NCBI GenBank assembly: GCA_035546055.1
Contig: DASZXF010000890.1
Location: forward strand, 1-49,670
DNA from: Ktedonobacteraceae bacterium
GTDB taxonomy: Bacteria > Chloroflexota > Ktedonobacteria > Ktedonobacterales > Ktedonobacteraceae
Reading direction: 5' to 3'
DNA: 49,670 bases
Positions within the stretch are counted from its first letter, which is position 1, and each line of letters starts with the position of its first letter. Shown here piece by piece: positions 8,342 through 16,841 of the stretch. The translations under genes and the position numbers were made by a program. The notes under the pieces are model-generated. The model saw only the letters and a program-made list of their open reading frames with translations. It made no database searches and was not told the origin of the DNA.

Positions 8342-8823
8342 ATAACTTTTTCTCCGGCAAAACTTTTCCCTACTATTACTCAACATCTGAGCCGACAGGA
8401 TCAATTATCATATACTATGTCACAGCAACAACAAAATGGGAAACGGCATGGCGCGTGAAAACGGAAAAAGATCAAGCACACCCGCCAGTAGACATAAGGC
8501 ACACTCCGCTGTCGTTGTATTGCATAAGAATGCGCCCGCTTGTATACTATAAAAACTGTAGTCCCGTGCAACGTGCCCGGCGTGTTGCAGTGAGGCTCTT
8601 ACAGGTGCGTTTACATGTCCGCAAGGATCGGGCAACTGGAAATTCTCCGGTTACAGCATGAAAAGAGCAAAGCGATGGCAAGCACGACAGAAAAGGTCCA
8701 GCTTGCCTCGCCGCTGATACACCAGCACGAACTGACCAACGCTCTGGTCTCTTTCTCAATGACTGTATACTGTCCATGACAGGACGCATATGTGCTACTT
8801 TAATTCTCTGGAGGTCCCGTCCT

Positions 8824-9780
8824 TTGAAAATTCTTGTTACTGGCGGAGCAGGTTTTATTGGCTCCCATCTGTGCGCCCGTTTATTAGAAGAAGGGCATGA
8901 TGTTCTCTGTGTAGACAATCTGATCACTGGCGCTGAAAGAAACATTGCTGCCCTGCGCTCTCATCCGCATTTTACGTATATCAAGCAAGATGTCACACAG
9001 CCCTTCGATTTTACCGCTGAGGCCATTTTCCACATGGCCAGCCCGGCCAGCCCGGTGGGATACATGGAAAACCCTATCCAGACTATTCTGGTCAATAGCC
9101 AGGGAACCTACCAGATGCTGATCCAGGCACAGAAGCAGAAGGCGCTTTTCCTGTATACCTCGACTTCTGAGGCCTACGGCGATCCGCTGGAGCATCCACA
9201 GCGCGAGGATTACTGGGGAAATGTCAACCCGATTGGCCCCAGAGCGTGTTACGATGAAAGCAAGCGTCTTGGCGAGACCCTGACCATGGAATATTATCGC
9301 CAGTTTCAGTTAAACGCACGTATTGTGCGTATTTTTAATACCTACGGACCGAATAGCCAGATGGAAGATGGGCGCATGATCCCCAATTTCATCACCCAGG
9401 CACTCAAGAATGGCCCGCTGACGATTTATGGCGATGGCAGCAAAACGCGCAGTATCTGCTATGTCAGCGATCTTGTCGAAGGCTTGATGCGCGCGATGTT
9501 TACGCCGCATACCGCTGGCGAGGTCTTTAATCTGGGCAATACGGCGGAGCATACTGTGCTGGAGTTTGCACAGACGATTATCAAGCTGTGCAACGCTTCG
9601 TCAAACCTGATTTTTGAGTCCAGCCGCATCGACGATCCCGAACGCCGCCGCCCGGATATTACAAAAGCGCGCACGATCCTGGGATGGGAGCCGCGCGTCT
9701 CTAAAGAGGAAGGTCTGATGCGCACGATTGAGTGGTTTCGCAGCCAGATTCCCGATTTGAGCACGATTACATCCTATTAG
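8824..9780 (+). CDS. UDP-glucuronate decarboxylase-type (UXS) extended SDR
   Basis: [43 protein letters not shown] (YxxxK), IFNTYGP. TTG 8824 with GGAGG 8 nt upstream is preferred to the track's 8776. Confidence 0.8.
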   Translation: MKILVTGGAGFIGSHLCARLLEEGHDVLCVDNLITGAERNIAALRSHPHFTYIKQDVTQPFDFTAEAIFHMASPASPVGYMENPIQTILVNSQGTYQMLIQAQKQKALFLYTSTSEAYGDPLEHPQREDYWGNVNPIGPRACYDESKRLGETLTMEYYRQFQLNARIVRIFNTYGPNSQMEDGRMIPNFITQALKNGPLTIYGDGSKTRSICYVSDLVEGLMRAMFTPHTAGEVFNLGNTAEHTVLEFAQTIIKLCNASSNLIFESSRIDDPERRRPDITKARTILGWEPRVSKEEGLMRTIEWFRSQIPDLSTITSY

Positions 9781-9838
9781 GAGAGCATGTTGCAGGCACG
9801 TTCCGAGTAAAGATTGAGGAAGGGGGCAGGTTACACAT

Positions 9839-11557
9839 ATGGGTATATTCAGAATTAGCGGGTTGCAACAAAACCACGCTGCGGCGTGGTTACGTTCAAA
9901 GTATCGCGCGGCGCGCTCTGCCAGCGCTACCACTACACTGGTAGGTGTAGCCGGCGTGGTGCTGGCGGTGGTTGTCCTGCTCGTTCCGCCATTGCCCTGG
10001 AATATCCGTATTCCGTTCTACCTGCTTCTGTTGATCTGGACGATTCTGCGGCCACGCCTGGCGCTCTATCTGATGGCTTTCGCCGTGCCCTGGGGTTCGT
10101 TTGACTATATCAGCGCGGGCGGGCTGCGCCTGAATTGCGCGGATCTGCTGGTGTGCTTTCTGGCACTCGGCTGGCTCCTGAGCTGGGGTCTACCAACCTA
10201 TATGGGCGGAGGACGCGACCGGGAAAAGGGACGTGTGCCTGTCTACCTCTTGCTGGCCATTCTCCTGCTGTTAGGCGTGATGTTTCTGTCTATGACGGTC
10301 GCGATCAGCCGGAAAGACAGTCTGAAAGAGATTGCCAAATGGCTGGAGTTTTTCGTCCTGGCGATGGTGGGCGCGCAATATCTGCGCACACGCCGCCAGG
10401 TCTGGACGCTGGTCTGCTTTATCATCGCGGGCGCGATCTCGCAGGCTTTCTTTGGCTATGCCCAGGCGATCTTTAATCTGGGGCCGCAATCCTTTGTACG
10501 CGATGCCAACCTGCGCGTCTATGGCACGTTTGATCAGCCCAATCCTTATGCGGGCTATCTGAATATGGCGCTGGCCATGACTATCTCGGTTCTCCTTCTC
10601 GGACGCAACTGGTTGACACGAGTGCTGGCCGGGCTGGCAACCTGCCTGATCGGCGGGGCGTTTTATCTGACCCAATCTCGCGGCGGCCAGGTGGCCCTGG
10701 CTTCCGCGCTGCTGGTCATCGTGCTGGTAGGAATGCCGTATATCCGCGTCTGGCTGCGCATCCTCCTCGCGGTGATCTTCGCGCTGCTGCTGGGGATGGT
10801 CTCCGGCATTATTCCGCTTTACCTCTTCGATCAGGTCAATCATTTCCTGGGCCTGACCGGCATCTCTCTGCAAGACCCCACGCCCGCGACATACTCCACA
10901 GCCGAACGCCTGGCTCATTGGATCGCGGGCATTAATATGTATCTGACCCATCCCGTGCTGGGTGTGGGCATTGGCAATTATCCCGATGCCTATGCCAGTT
11001 ACTACGTGACTATCTTTGTGAACTCGCTGGGCCAGGCCCATAATTACTATATCAATATCGCTGCCGAAACTGGCACGCTTGGCCTGGTCATTTACCTGTT
11101 TTTTGTCATCTCTCTGCTGGTCGCCGGCAGTCGCGCGGTACGCCAGGTGTGCGTGCGCCGCGCGGAGTCCAGAAAAGATCTGCCACGGCTCAGCAAGCGC
11201 ATTCAGGCACCTTTGAGCCGACACGACAAGCTGATGCTGCTGGTGCGGCCAGCGCGTTTCCTCCAGCACTACCGCCGCCAGGAGCGCTTCGAGGTGGCAG
11301 GACGCCTGACCAATGATCGCGCGCTGGCTATTGGCCTGCTGGCCTCTCTGGTGACAATCTGCGTTCACAATCTGGTCGATGACCTCTATGATCATAGCCT
11401 GACCAATCTGATGGCACTGCTGCTGATCTCACTGATCGCCCTTGGCAAGGTGACTTCACGCGTCACCTTCACTCCATCCCATGGCGCCTCCGCTCCCGCC
11501 GACCGCGAGGAGCCGGCTCCTGTCCTGACCCCGACTCAGATGAGACGAAACGGCTAG
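9839..11557 (+). CDS. O-antigen ligase/polymerase-like (Wzy_C) membrane protein
   Basis: 572 aa with many TM helices. Wzy_C-like block YLTQSRGG ... HNYYINIAAETG. Confidence 0.7.
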   Translation: MGIFRISGLQQNHAAAWLRSKYRAARSASATTTLVGVAGVVLAVVVLLVPPLPWNIRIPFYLLLLIWTILRPRLALYLMAFAVPWGSFDYISAGGLRLNCADLLVCFLALGWLLSWGLPTYMGGGRDREKGRVPVYLLLAILLLLGVMFLSMTVAISRKDSLKEIAKWLEFFVLAMVGAQYLRTRRQVWTLVCFIIAGAISQAFFGYAQAIFNLGPQSFVRDANLRVYGTFDQPNPYAGYLNMALAMTISVLLLGRNWLTRVLAGLATCLIGGAFYLTQSRGGQVALASALLVIVLVGMPYIRVWLRILLAVIFALLLGMVSGIIPLYLFDQVNHFLGLTGISLQDPTPATYSTAERLAHWIAGINMYLTHPVLGVGIGNYPDAYASYYVTIFVNSLGQAHNYYINIAAETGTLGLVIYLFFVISLLVAGSRAVRQVCVRRAESRKDLPRLSKRIQAPLSRHDKLMLLVRPARFLQHYRRQERFEVAGRLTNDRALAIGLLASLVTICVHNLVDDLYDHSLTNLMALLLISLIALGKVTSRVTFTPSHGASAPADREEPAPVLTPTQMRRNG

Positions 11558-11629
11558 CCAGCAGGTTTCTTATATCAGGAATATGCGCATGAAGCGGCAT
11601 AAGTACATTCGAGGGATAGGAGGATACTC

Positions 11630-12805
11630 TTGCAGAAACAACCTGTTGATGGGATACCTTTCGACGAACGCCTGGCGACACCCGACCAGGAGCCGGCCCC
11701 CATAGCCAATGAGGCGGCGCTGGCCGCACATCCATCGGCACCGCCAGACCCCGACGCCAGCCCCGCTGCGGAGATTAGCAGTTCGCAGCTTTCGCTGCGC
11801 AAGCGTCTGCTGAACTGGCGCACCCTGGTGCCGCTGGTGATTGTGCTCGCTCTGCTGGTATATACCGCGCAAAAGCTGCAAATCAATCCCGGCCAGACCT
11901 GGAACGCGATGCGCAGCGCCAATGTCCTGTTCCTGCTGGCGGCCTTCCTCACGTACTATCTCTCTTTTCCTGTACGCACGCTGCGCTGGCGTCTGCTGCT
12001 CGAAAATGTAGGATATACCGGGAAGAGCGCCAACAAGCTACCCGGCTTCGGCAAATTACTGGAAATCGTCTACATTTCCTGGTTCGCCAATGCGATTGTA
12101 CCCGCGAAGCTGGGCGATCTCTACCGGGCCTACTTGCTGCGCCAGGCAGCGGGCGTTTCGGCGACCCGCACGTTTGGTACGGTGCTGGCTGAACGCTTGC
12201 TGGATCTGAGCGTGCTCCTGCTGCTCTTTCTGGCCTCGATTATCATCAGCCTGCATGAAAATCTGCCGGCCTTCCTGAGAACCGGCCTGTACCTGACGCT
12301 GGCGATTGTTATCCTGGGCGTGGTGGGACTGTTCCTGTTGCGCGTCTTTCGCGCCTCCATCCGGCGCTTTGTGCCTCCGCGCTTCCAGGGCTACTATGAT
12401 CATTTGCAGGAGGGGACGCTTGGCTCCTTCAAACGCATTCCCCTGCTGGGGGGGCTGACCGTCGCCGTCTGGCTGTGCGAGGCTGGCCGCTTCTTCTTTG
12501 TCGCGCTATCGCTCAATCTGATTCCCGGCAGTCTGCCCCACATCGGCGCGGCCTCGATGTTTATCGCGCTGGGCGAGGCGCTGCTGACCATTGTGCCTTT
12601 CACCAGCGGAGGTATCGGCCTGGTCGAAGGCGGCATGATCGGGATGCTGGCCCTCTTTACCGCCTCGCGCAACCTGGGCGCCGCCGCCGTGCTGCTGGAT
12701 CGCACGATCAGTCTGTTCAGCATTCTACTCATTGGTCTGATCGTCTTCCTGGTCGCTGCTGGACGCCGCGCAGCTCTCCAGCGAACACACGGTAAAAAAC
12801 CTTGA
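11630..12805 (+). CDS. Flippase-like / lysylphosphatidylglycerol-synthase TM-region family (UPF0104) membrane protein
   Basis: Multi-TM protein with RWRLLL and KLGDLYRAYLL motifs and a Pro/Ala-rich N-terminal tail. TTG start with a GGAGGA Shine-Dalgarno site. Confidence 0.65.
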   Translation: MQKQPVDGIPFDERLATPDQEPAPIANEAALAAHPSAPPDPDASPAAEISSSQLSLRKRLLNWRTLVPLVIVLALLVYTAQKLQINPGQTWNAMRSANVLFLLAAFLTYYLSFPVRTLRWRLLLENVGYTGKSANKLPGFGKLLEIVYISWFANAIVPAKLGDLYRAYLLRQAAGVSATRTFGTVLAERLLDLSVLLLLFLASIIISLHENLPAFLRTGLYLTLAIVILGVVGLFLLRVFRASIRRFVPPRFQGYYDHLQEGTLGSFKRIPLLGGLTVAVWLCEAGRFFFVALSLNLIPGSLPHIGAASMFIALGEALLTIVPFTSGGIGLVEGGMIGMLALFTASRNLGAAAVLLDRTISLFSILLIGLIVFLVAAGRRAALQRTHGKKP

Positions 12806-12830
12806 CAGCCTCGGACACCTGCACTATAAT
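12802..12830 (+). promoter_or_regulatory. Consensus sigma70 promoter (TTGACA-N17-TATAAT) for rpsU-ybeY-dgkA
   Basis: TTGACA at 12802..12807 overlaps the upstream gene's TGA stop codon. TATAAT at 12825..12830. A leader of about 100 nt precedes GTG 12934. Confidence 0.7.
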
Positions 12831-12933
12831 TTGTCAACAGGTCCACGAGGTACATGCGAGATTAAACTGTGCGAAAACAACACAACGGATCACGACGGTG
12901 CTCTCAGACGGGACTCAAGGGGGGTGATTCCTG

Positions 12934-13116
12934 GTGACACAAGTCAAAATTGGCGAAAATGAGACGTTTGAGACAGCACTGCGGCGCTTCAGCCGCAAGA
13001 TTCAACAAGAGGGCGTTCTCGCGGAGGCTCGCCGGCGCGAACACTATGAGAAGCCGAGCGTGAAACGCAAACGCAAAGAAGCCGCCAAACGGCGCAAAAT
13101 GGCACGCAAGGGCTAA
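12934..13116 (+). CDS. rpsU: 30S ribosomal protein bS21
   Basis: 60-aa basic protein with ..[10 protein letters not shown]...[16 protein letters not shown]... GTG start with an AGGGGGG Shine-Dalgarno site. Confidence 0.92.
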   Translation: MTQVKIGENETFETALRRFSRKIQQEGVLAEARRREHYEKPSVKRKRKEAAKRRKMARKG

Positions 13117-13131
13117 ACCGGTCCCTTGTAC

Positions 13132-13184
13132 GGCTCGCCTCTGCCCAGATCATGCATTGCATGGGTACGATGCGAGCCTTTTTT
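13132..13184 (+). terminator. Possible weak terminator/attenuator between rpsU and ybeY
   Basis: GGCTCGC (13132..13138) / GCGAGCC (13172..13178) followed by TTTTTT. The loop is large (33 nt), so this call is weak. Confidence 0.3.
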
Positions 13185-13207
13185 ATGGTCAACAAAGCGG
13201 GGGCAAT

Positions 13208-13819
13208 ATGTTCGAGTCAGACGCAGATGCGGGCGAACCCGTCATCGAGGTCTCTATCAATACCGATAGCGCAGAAGACGACCAGGCAGCCGCCGAACTG
13301 CTGGCAACCGTCAACGTCGAGCAACTGGTCAGGCAGACGCTGCGCATCGTCCATGTGGAAGAGGCTGTGACCCTGACCCTGGTCATCAGCGGCGATAGCG
13401 AAATCCAGACCCTGAATCGGCAATACCGCCAGCAGGACAAGCCCACAGATGTGCTGTCGTTTCCCCTGCTGGATGAGCCGCTGGTCCGCGCGCCCGCCGA
13501 ACTGCTGTGGCAGGAGCCAGAGGAGGAGCAGACCGCTGAGGAGGCGGCGAATGAACTGGCCGAGGGCAGTTCTGTTCCGCTCTTTGTCACGCCTGCTGAA
13601 TTAAGCACTAACCTGGGGGACATTATGATCTCCTGGCCGACCACGCTGCGCCAGGCCAGGGAAGCAGGCCACGGCATCGCCGATGAATTGCTCTTTCTCC
13701 TCTGCCACGGTGTCCTGCATCTGGTAGGGTACGACGATCAGACCGAGGCTGGCTATCGCGAGATGGTGCGCCTGCAAAAGCAGATTCTCGGCGAAGTGCA
13801 GCAGAAAGGCTCGCTATGA
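13208..13819 (+). CDS. ybeY: rRNA maturation endoribonuclease YbeY (variant metal motif, acidic insertion)
   Basis: DKPTDVLSFP and HGVLHLVGYDD (the canonical motif is HGxLHLxGYDH). A roughly 35-aa acidic insert lies between them. ATG 13208 is preferred to the track's 13157. Confidence 0.85.
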   Translation: MFESDADAGEPVIEVSINTDSAEDDQAAAELLATVNVEQLVRQTLRIVHVEEAVTLTLVISGDSEIQTLNRQYRQQDKPTDVLSFPLLDEPLVRAPAELLWQEPEEEQTAEEAANELAEGSSVPLFVTPAELSTNLGDIMISWPTTLRQAREAGHGIADELLFLLCHGVLHLVGYDDQTEAGYREMVRLQKQILGEVQQKGSL

Positions 13820-14220
13820 GCAAGTCCTCGCTGCCGGGGGACTCTGAACGCGGCGAATTCGCAAAGTTTATTGCTGGCTTTGGCTACGCGTTTCAAGGCC
13901 TCTGGTACGCGCTGCGCACCCAGCGCAACGCGCGCGTTCATCTCGCGGTGGCTATTCTCGTCACCATCGGCGGCATTCTCCTGCATATCCCGGCGCCAGA
14001 GTTCGCCATCCTCTACCTAGCCATCGCCGGCGTCTTCGTGGCCGAAATGTTCAATACGGTCTGCGAAATCTGCGTGGACCTCGCCCAGCCGGAATATCAT
14101 CCCCTGGCCAAAACCGCCAAAGATGTGGCTGCCGGAGCCGTTCTCCTCAGCGCCATGCTGGCCATCGTGGTCGGTCTCTTCGTACTCGGTCCCCCCCTCT
14201 GGACCCTGATCTTTCGCTGA
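13816..14220 (+). CDS. dgkA: Diacylglycerol kinase family (DgkA/undecaprenol kinase type)
   Basis: Three TM helices; VAEMFNTVCEICVDL and AKDVAAGAVL motifs. The start overlaps the ybeY stop (ATGA). Confidence 0.85.
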   Translation: MSKSSLPGDSERGEFAKFIAGFGYAFQGLWYALRTQRNARVHLAVAILVTIGGILLHIPAPEFAILYLAIAGVFVAEMFNTVCEICVDLAQPEYHPLAKTAKDVAAGAVLLSAMLAIVVGLFVLGPPLWTLIFR

Positions 14221-14344
14221 GCGCGTGAAATAGAGCAGACATGAGTCCTCCCCACTGTTTCCGAGGCGGCCTCAGAAACAGTGGGGAGGACTCATGCATC
14301 ATTTCCCTTGGGGAGGACTGATATCTTCCTATTTCACGCGCTCA
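14218..14344. repeat. Hairpin repeat family, copy B, nested in a 16-bp outer inverted repeat; probable bidirectional terminator for dgkA/efp
   Basis: The inner stem is a perfect 22 bp: CATGAGTCCTCCCCACTGTTTC (14240..14261) / GAAACAGTGGGGAGGACTCATG (14275..14296). The outer pair is TGAGCGCGTGAAATAG (14218..14233) / CTATTTCACGCGCTCA (14329..14344). An orphan arm TTGGGGAGGACTGATAT lies at 14308..14324. Confidence 0.8.
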
Positions 14345-14898
14345 ACATACTTACCTGTACGTGTATCGATACGGATGCGGTCGCCGGGATTGACAAAGAG
14401 GGGCACATTGATTACTGCCCCGGTCTCCAGGGTCGCGGGTTTGGTGACGTTATTTGCTGTATCACCGCGCACACCTGGTTCAGCACTCTCTACAGCCAGT
14501 TCAAGGAAATTCGGCAGTTCGATGGCGATGATGGTATCCTCATGGACCAGCATCTCTACCACATCCTGCTCTTTGAGAAATTTCACTCCATCGCCCAGCA
14601 GTTCTTTCTGCACAGGCTGCTGATCAAAGGTTTCGGTATTCATAAAAACGAAGCTGTCGTCGCTATCGACATAGAGGAACTGCCAGTTCTGATGCTCTAC
14701 CCGAACTGACTCGACCTCTTCTGAGGCGTTGAAGCGCTGCTCCAGAACTCGCCCGTTTTTCACGTTTTTCAAACGCACCTGATAAAACGCGCGCCAGTTA
14801 CCAGGAGTGATATGATCTATCTTTTGAATAGAATAAAGCACATTTTTGTAACGGATCACCATGCCAGTATAAAAATCTGTGGGAGTTATCGTTGCCAC
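14329..14898 (-). CDS. efp: Elongation factor P (loop-tip Asn variant)
   Basis: Collinear with E. coli EF-P through to GDTA...KPATLETGAVINVPLFVNPGD.I.IDTRTGKYVERVK. GTG 14898 (AAGGTGG 9 nt upstream) is preferred to the track's ATG 14928. The loop reads TPGNWRAF, where the canonical sequence is KPGKGQAF. Confidence 0.88.
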   Translation of the reverse strand: MATITPTDFYTGMVIRYKNVLYSIQKIDHITPGNWRAFYQVRLKNVKNGRVLEQRFNASEEVESVRVEHQNWQFLYVDSDDSFVFMNTETFDQQPVQKELLGDGVKFLKEQDVVEMLVHEDTIIAIELPNFLELAVESAEPGVRGDTANNVTKPATLETGAVINVPLFVNPGDRIRIDTRTGKYVERVK

Positions 14899-14968
14899 GA
14901 TAGAATGCCACCTTTCTCTTACTCTCATCTATTGGTTGCCTTGCCAGGACCAGTCTTTTCGACCCCCC

Positions 14969-14997
14969 ATTATAGCGACTTTGGAGTTAGAGGGCAA
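14969..14997 (-). promoter_or_regulatory. Promoter for efp (TTGCCC-N17-TATAAT on the minus strand)
   Basis: Read on the coding strand: TTGCCC, 17 nt, TATAAT, about 70 nt upstream of the GTG start. Confidence 0.55.
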
Positions 14998-15072
14998 ATC
15001 CAAAGCAAAGGTTCTCCCACTGTCCCTTGAGGAGGTGGGTCTTGATAGTGAGACCAGGGAAGCAGATCTGCT

Positions 15073-15915
15073 CTATGCCATCAAATCGATGACCTTGCCG
15101 GTATATTCGCGAAAGCGGGCCAGGCGGCGCTTTTTGAGGTTCTCACGCAAAACCCAGTTGATGTCAGGATCGCTCCAGGTGGCCATTTCGCACATCAGGG
15201 CGAAGCCGTCATCGGGATTGGCCGCTGTTACCACACTCAGAGTATATCCCAGGGTCTGACGCAACGCGCGTGCCTCGGGACGCTTGCGCTCTGGCGCGGG
15301 CAGGGCATGAAGGTAGTCGATAGCGACACGTTGCATGATCAGAGCCGACGAGATAAACTGTGCGCTGCTCAACAGGGAAGGCTCGGAAATAGCGGCCAGG
15401 CAGGCGCGCAATTGCCAGCAATCGCCTTTATCGAGCAAATCCATCAAGAGCAGCAGGGTATCATCGGGAGCCGCGAACAACAATTTTTGCAAGGCCAGCA
15501 CCGCCGCGTCGCGCACACGCCCGCTGCGATTGCGCGTATATTGCGCCAGGCGCTCAAAGGTATCTTCCCGCCATTCCGCCAGCGTGACCGAGCAGGCTCC
15601 GAAGCTCAGTACCCCGCACATGACCACAAACTCCCCTGGCGTATTGGTTGTCACATGCGACTCTTCACGTACCAGATGGTTCAACAGCGCACGCATCTCA
15701 TCGGGAAAAGCAGGCGTAAGGAAAGCAAGGTGTTGACTGAGATCCTGAGCCAGTTCTATATTCGCACGCGTGCCAGGCAAGCGGCTCTGGTCACGCAAGT
15801 AGAATTCGAGAAAGCCGGGCTGTCCGGTCAAGGCTCGTTCTACCAGGGGCTGCAAGGTGTCTTCCATACACGTATAATCCATATCTTTTGCCAACTGCTG
15901 CGAATGCATTGACAA
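15073..15915 (-). CDS. Hypothetical protein, HEAT/armadillo-like repeats
   Basis: 280-aa helical protein. RVRDAAVLALQKLL-type HEAT repeat signature. No catalytic motif recognised. Confidence 0.5.
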   Translation of the reverse strand: MSMHSQQLAKDMDYTCMEDTLQPLVERALTGQPGFLEFYLRDQSRLPGTRANIELAQDLSQHLAFLTPAFPDEMRALLNHLVREESHVTTNTPGEFVVMCGVLSFGACSVTLAEWREDTFERLAQYTRNRSGRVRDAAVLALQKLLFAAPDDTLLLLMDLLDKGDCWQLRACLAAISEPSLLSSAQFISSALIMQRVAIDYLHALPAPERKRPEARALRQTLGYTLSVVTAANPDDGFALMCEMATWSDPDINWVLRENLKKRRLARFREYTGKVIDLMA

Positions 15916-16094
15916 GCTTCTTCATCGAGGGACTTGTTCGCCTTCATCCTTCCCTATTTTACCATACTTAGCCCATTCCGTCTTTCTCTTCGCCCCCGAA
16001 AATGACGCTTCTTTTGATTTGCCGCGCAATTTCTCCGCGCGCACCTCGCCAGACCTGCTCCAACTCTTCACGCGCTGCCCCGAAACGCGCGAAA

Positions 16095-16664
16095 TCACCG
16101 TACTCTGCTCAATATCCCCGGATAATCAAGGACCAGCCCGTCTGCATCTACTGGCAGATCTCTGGTAAAGCCGCTGCTCAGACCCTCGTAGCGATATGTT
16201 CCGCTCCCCGTACTATGGCGCTCCAGACAAGTATAGCGCTGCGGCACTGGCCTGATCTCCAGGGTAGGCACGACAATATATGCGACCGCCAACTCAGCCG
16301 ACTGACCGGGAGTGAGTTCTAAGCGACGAATGGGCAGGGTATTGGTAAACGGAGTCGCGGTGAGATCCACGTCGAGGCACCCGGTCAACTCCGGGAGCGG
16401 CTGGTCAGTCGCAGCGAACCAGTGACCGGCACCATCAGTTCGTAAGCTCAATTCCTGGCCCTTCTCATCCAGCAGTCGGACCCTGCACATTCTGACTATC
16501 CAGGCGCTATCTGTCTGTACTTCATACCAGATACGAAACGGTTGTTCTCCGGCAACGCCAATCACAACCCCATCGGCGATATAACCATCTGCGCGCTGGC
16601 GCAGGCGTAGATGCTCAAGCCCGCTCCCATCAACAGGCGCCCACATGACGTTTCGTTCGTCCAT
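16095..16664 (-). CDS. Putative glycolipid-binding domain protein (DUF1089-like)
   Basis: 189 aa. The pattern DVDL.ATPFTNTLPIRRL.L..G ... Y.Y.......F...LPVDADGLVLDYPG matches my recollection of that family. The assignment is from memory, not a search. Confidence 0.55.
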   Translation of the reverse strand: MDERNVMWAPVDGSGLEHLRLRQRADGYIADGVVIGVAGEQPFRIWYEVQTDSAWIVRMCRVRLLDEKGQELSLRTDGAGHWFAATDQPLPELTGCLDVDLTATPFTNTLPIRRLELTPGQSAELAVAYIVVPTLEIRPVPQRYTCLERHSTGSGTYRYEGLSSGFTRDLPVDADGLVLDYPGILSRVR

Positions 16665-16784
16665 AAAAAAAGCTCCCCTCGTCTCAGAAAACTGGCATTA
16701 TCGCAGCCAAAAGCGCTGAAAAGGGGCTGCCAGCGAGTCAGCAGCACCCTCATCTCCTCGTTTGCTTCTTCTATGGTAAAGCAG

Positions 16785-16836
16785 AAAACGGGATCTGGCA
16801 AGCAATGAATGGAAGCTCTCTTTTTGCCAGATCCCG
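16785..16836 (-). terminator. Rho-independent terminator after the BtrH-like gene
   Basis: On the coding strand: a 13-bp perfect stem CGGGATCTGGCAA / TTGCCAGATCCCG followed by TTTT. Confidence 0.65.
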
Positions 16837-16841
16837 CTTTT

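Noticed and set aside
10271-11395. 374-aa ORF on the minus strand (twin 38276..39400)
   Set aside because: It lies entirely antisense within the O-antigen-ligase-like gene. The sense frame encodes coherent TM helices and the Wzy_C block, while this frame is hydrophilic, low-complexity and rich in Gln, Arg, His and Asp.
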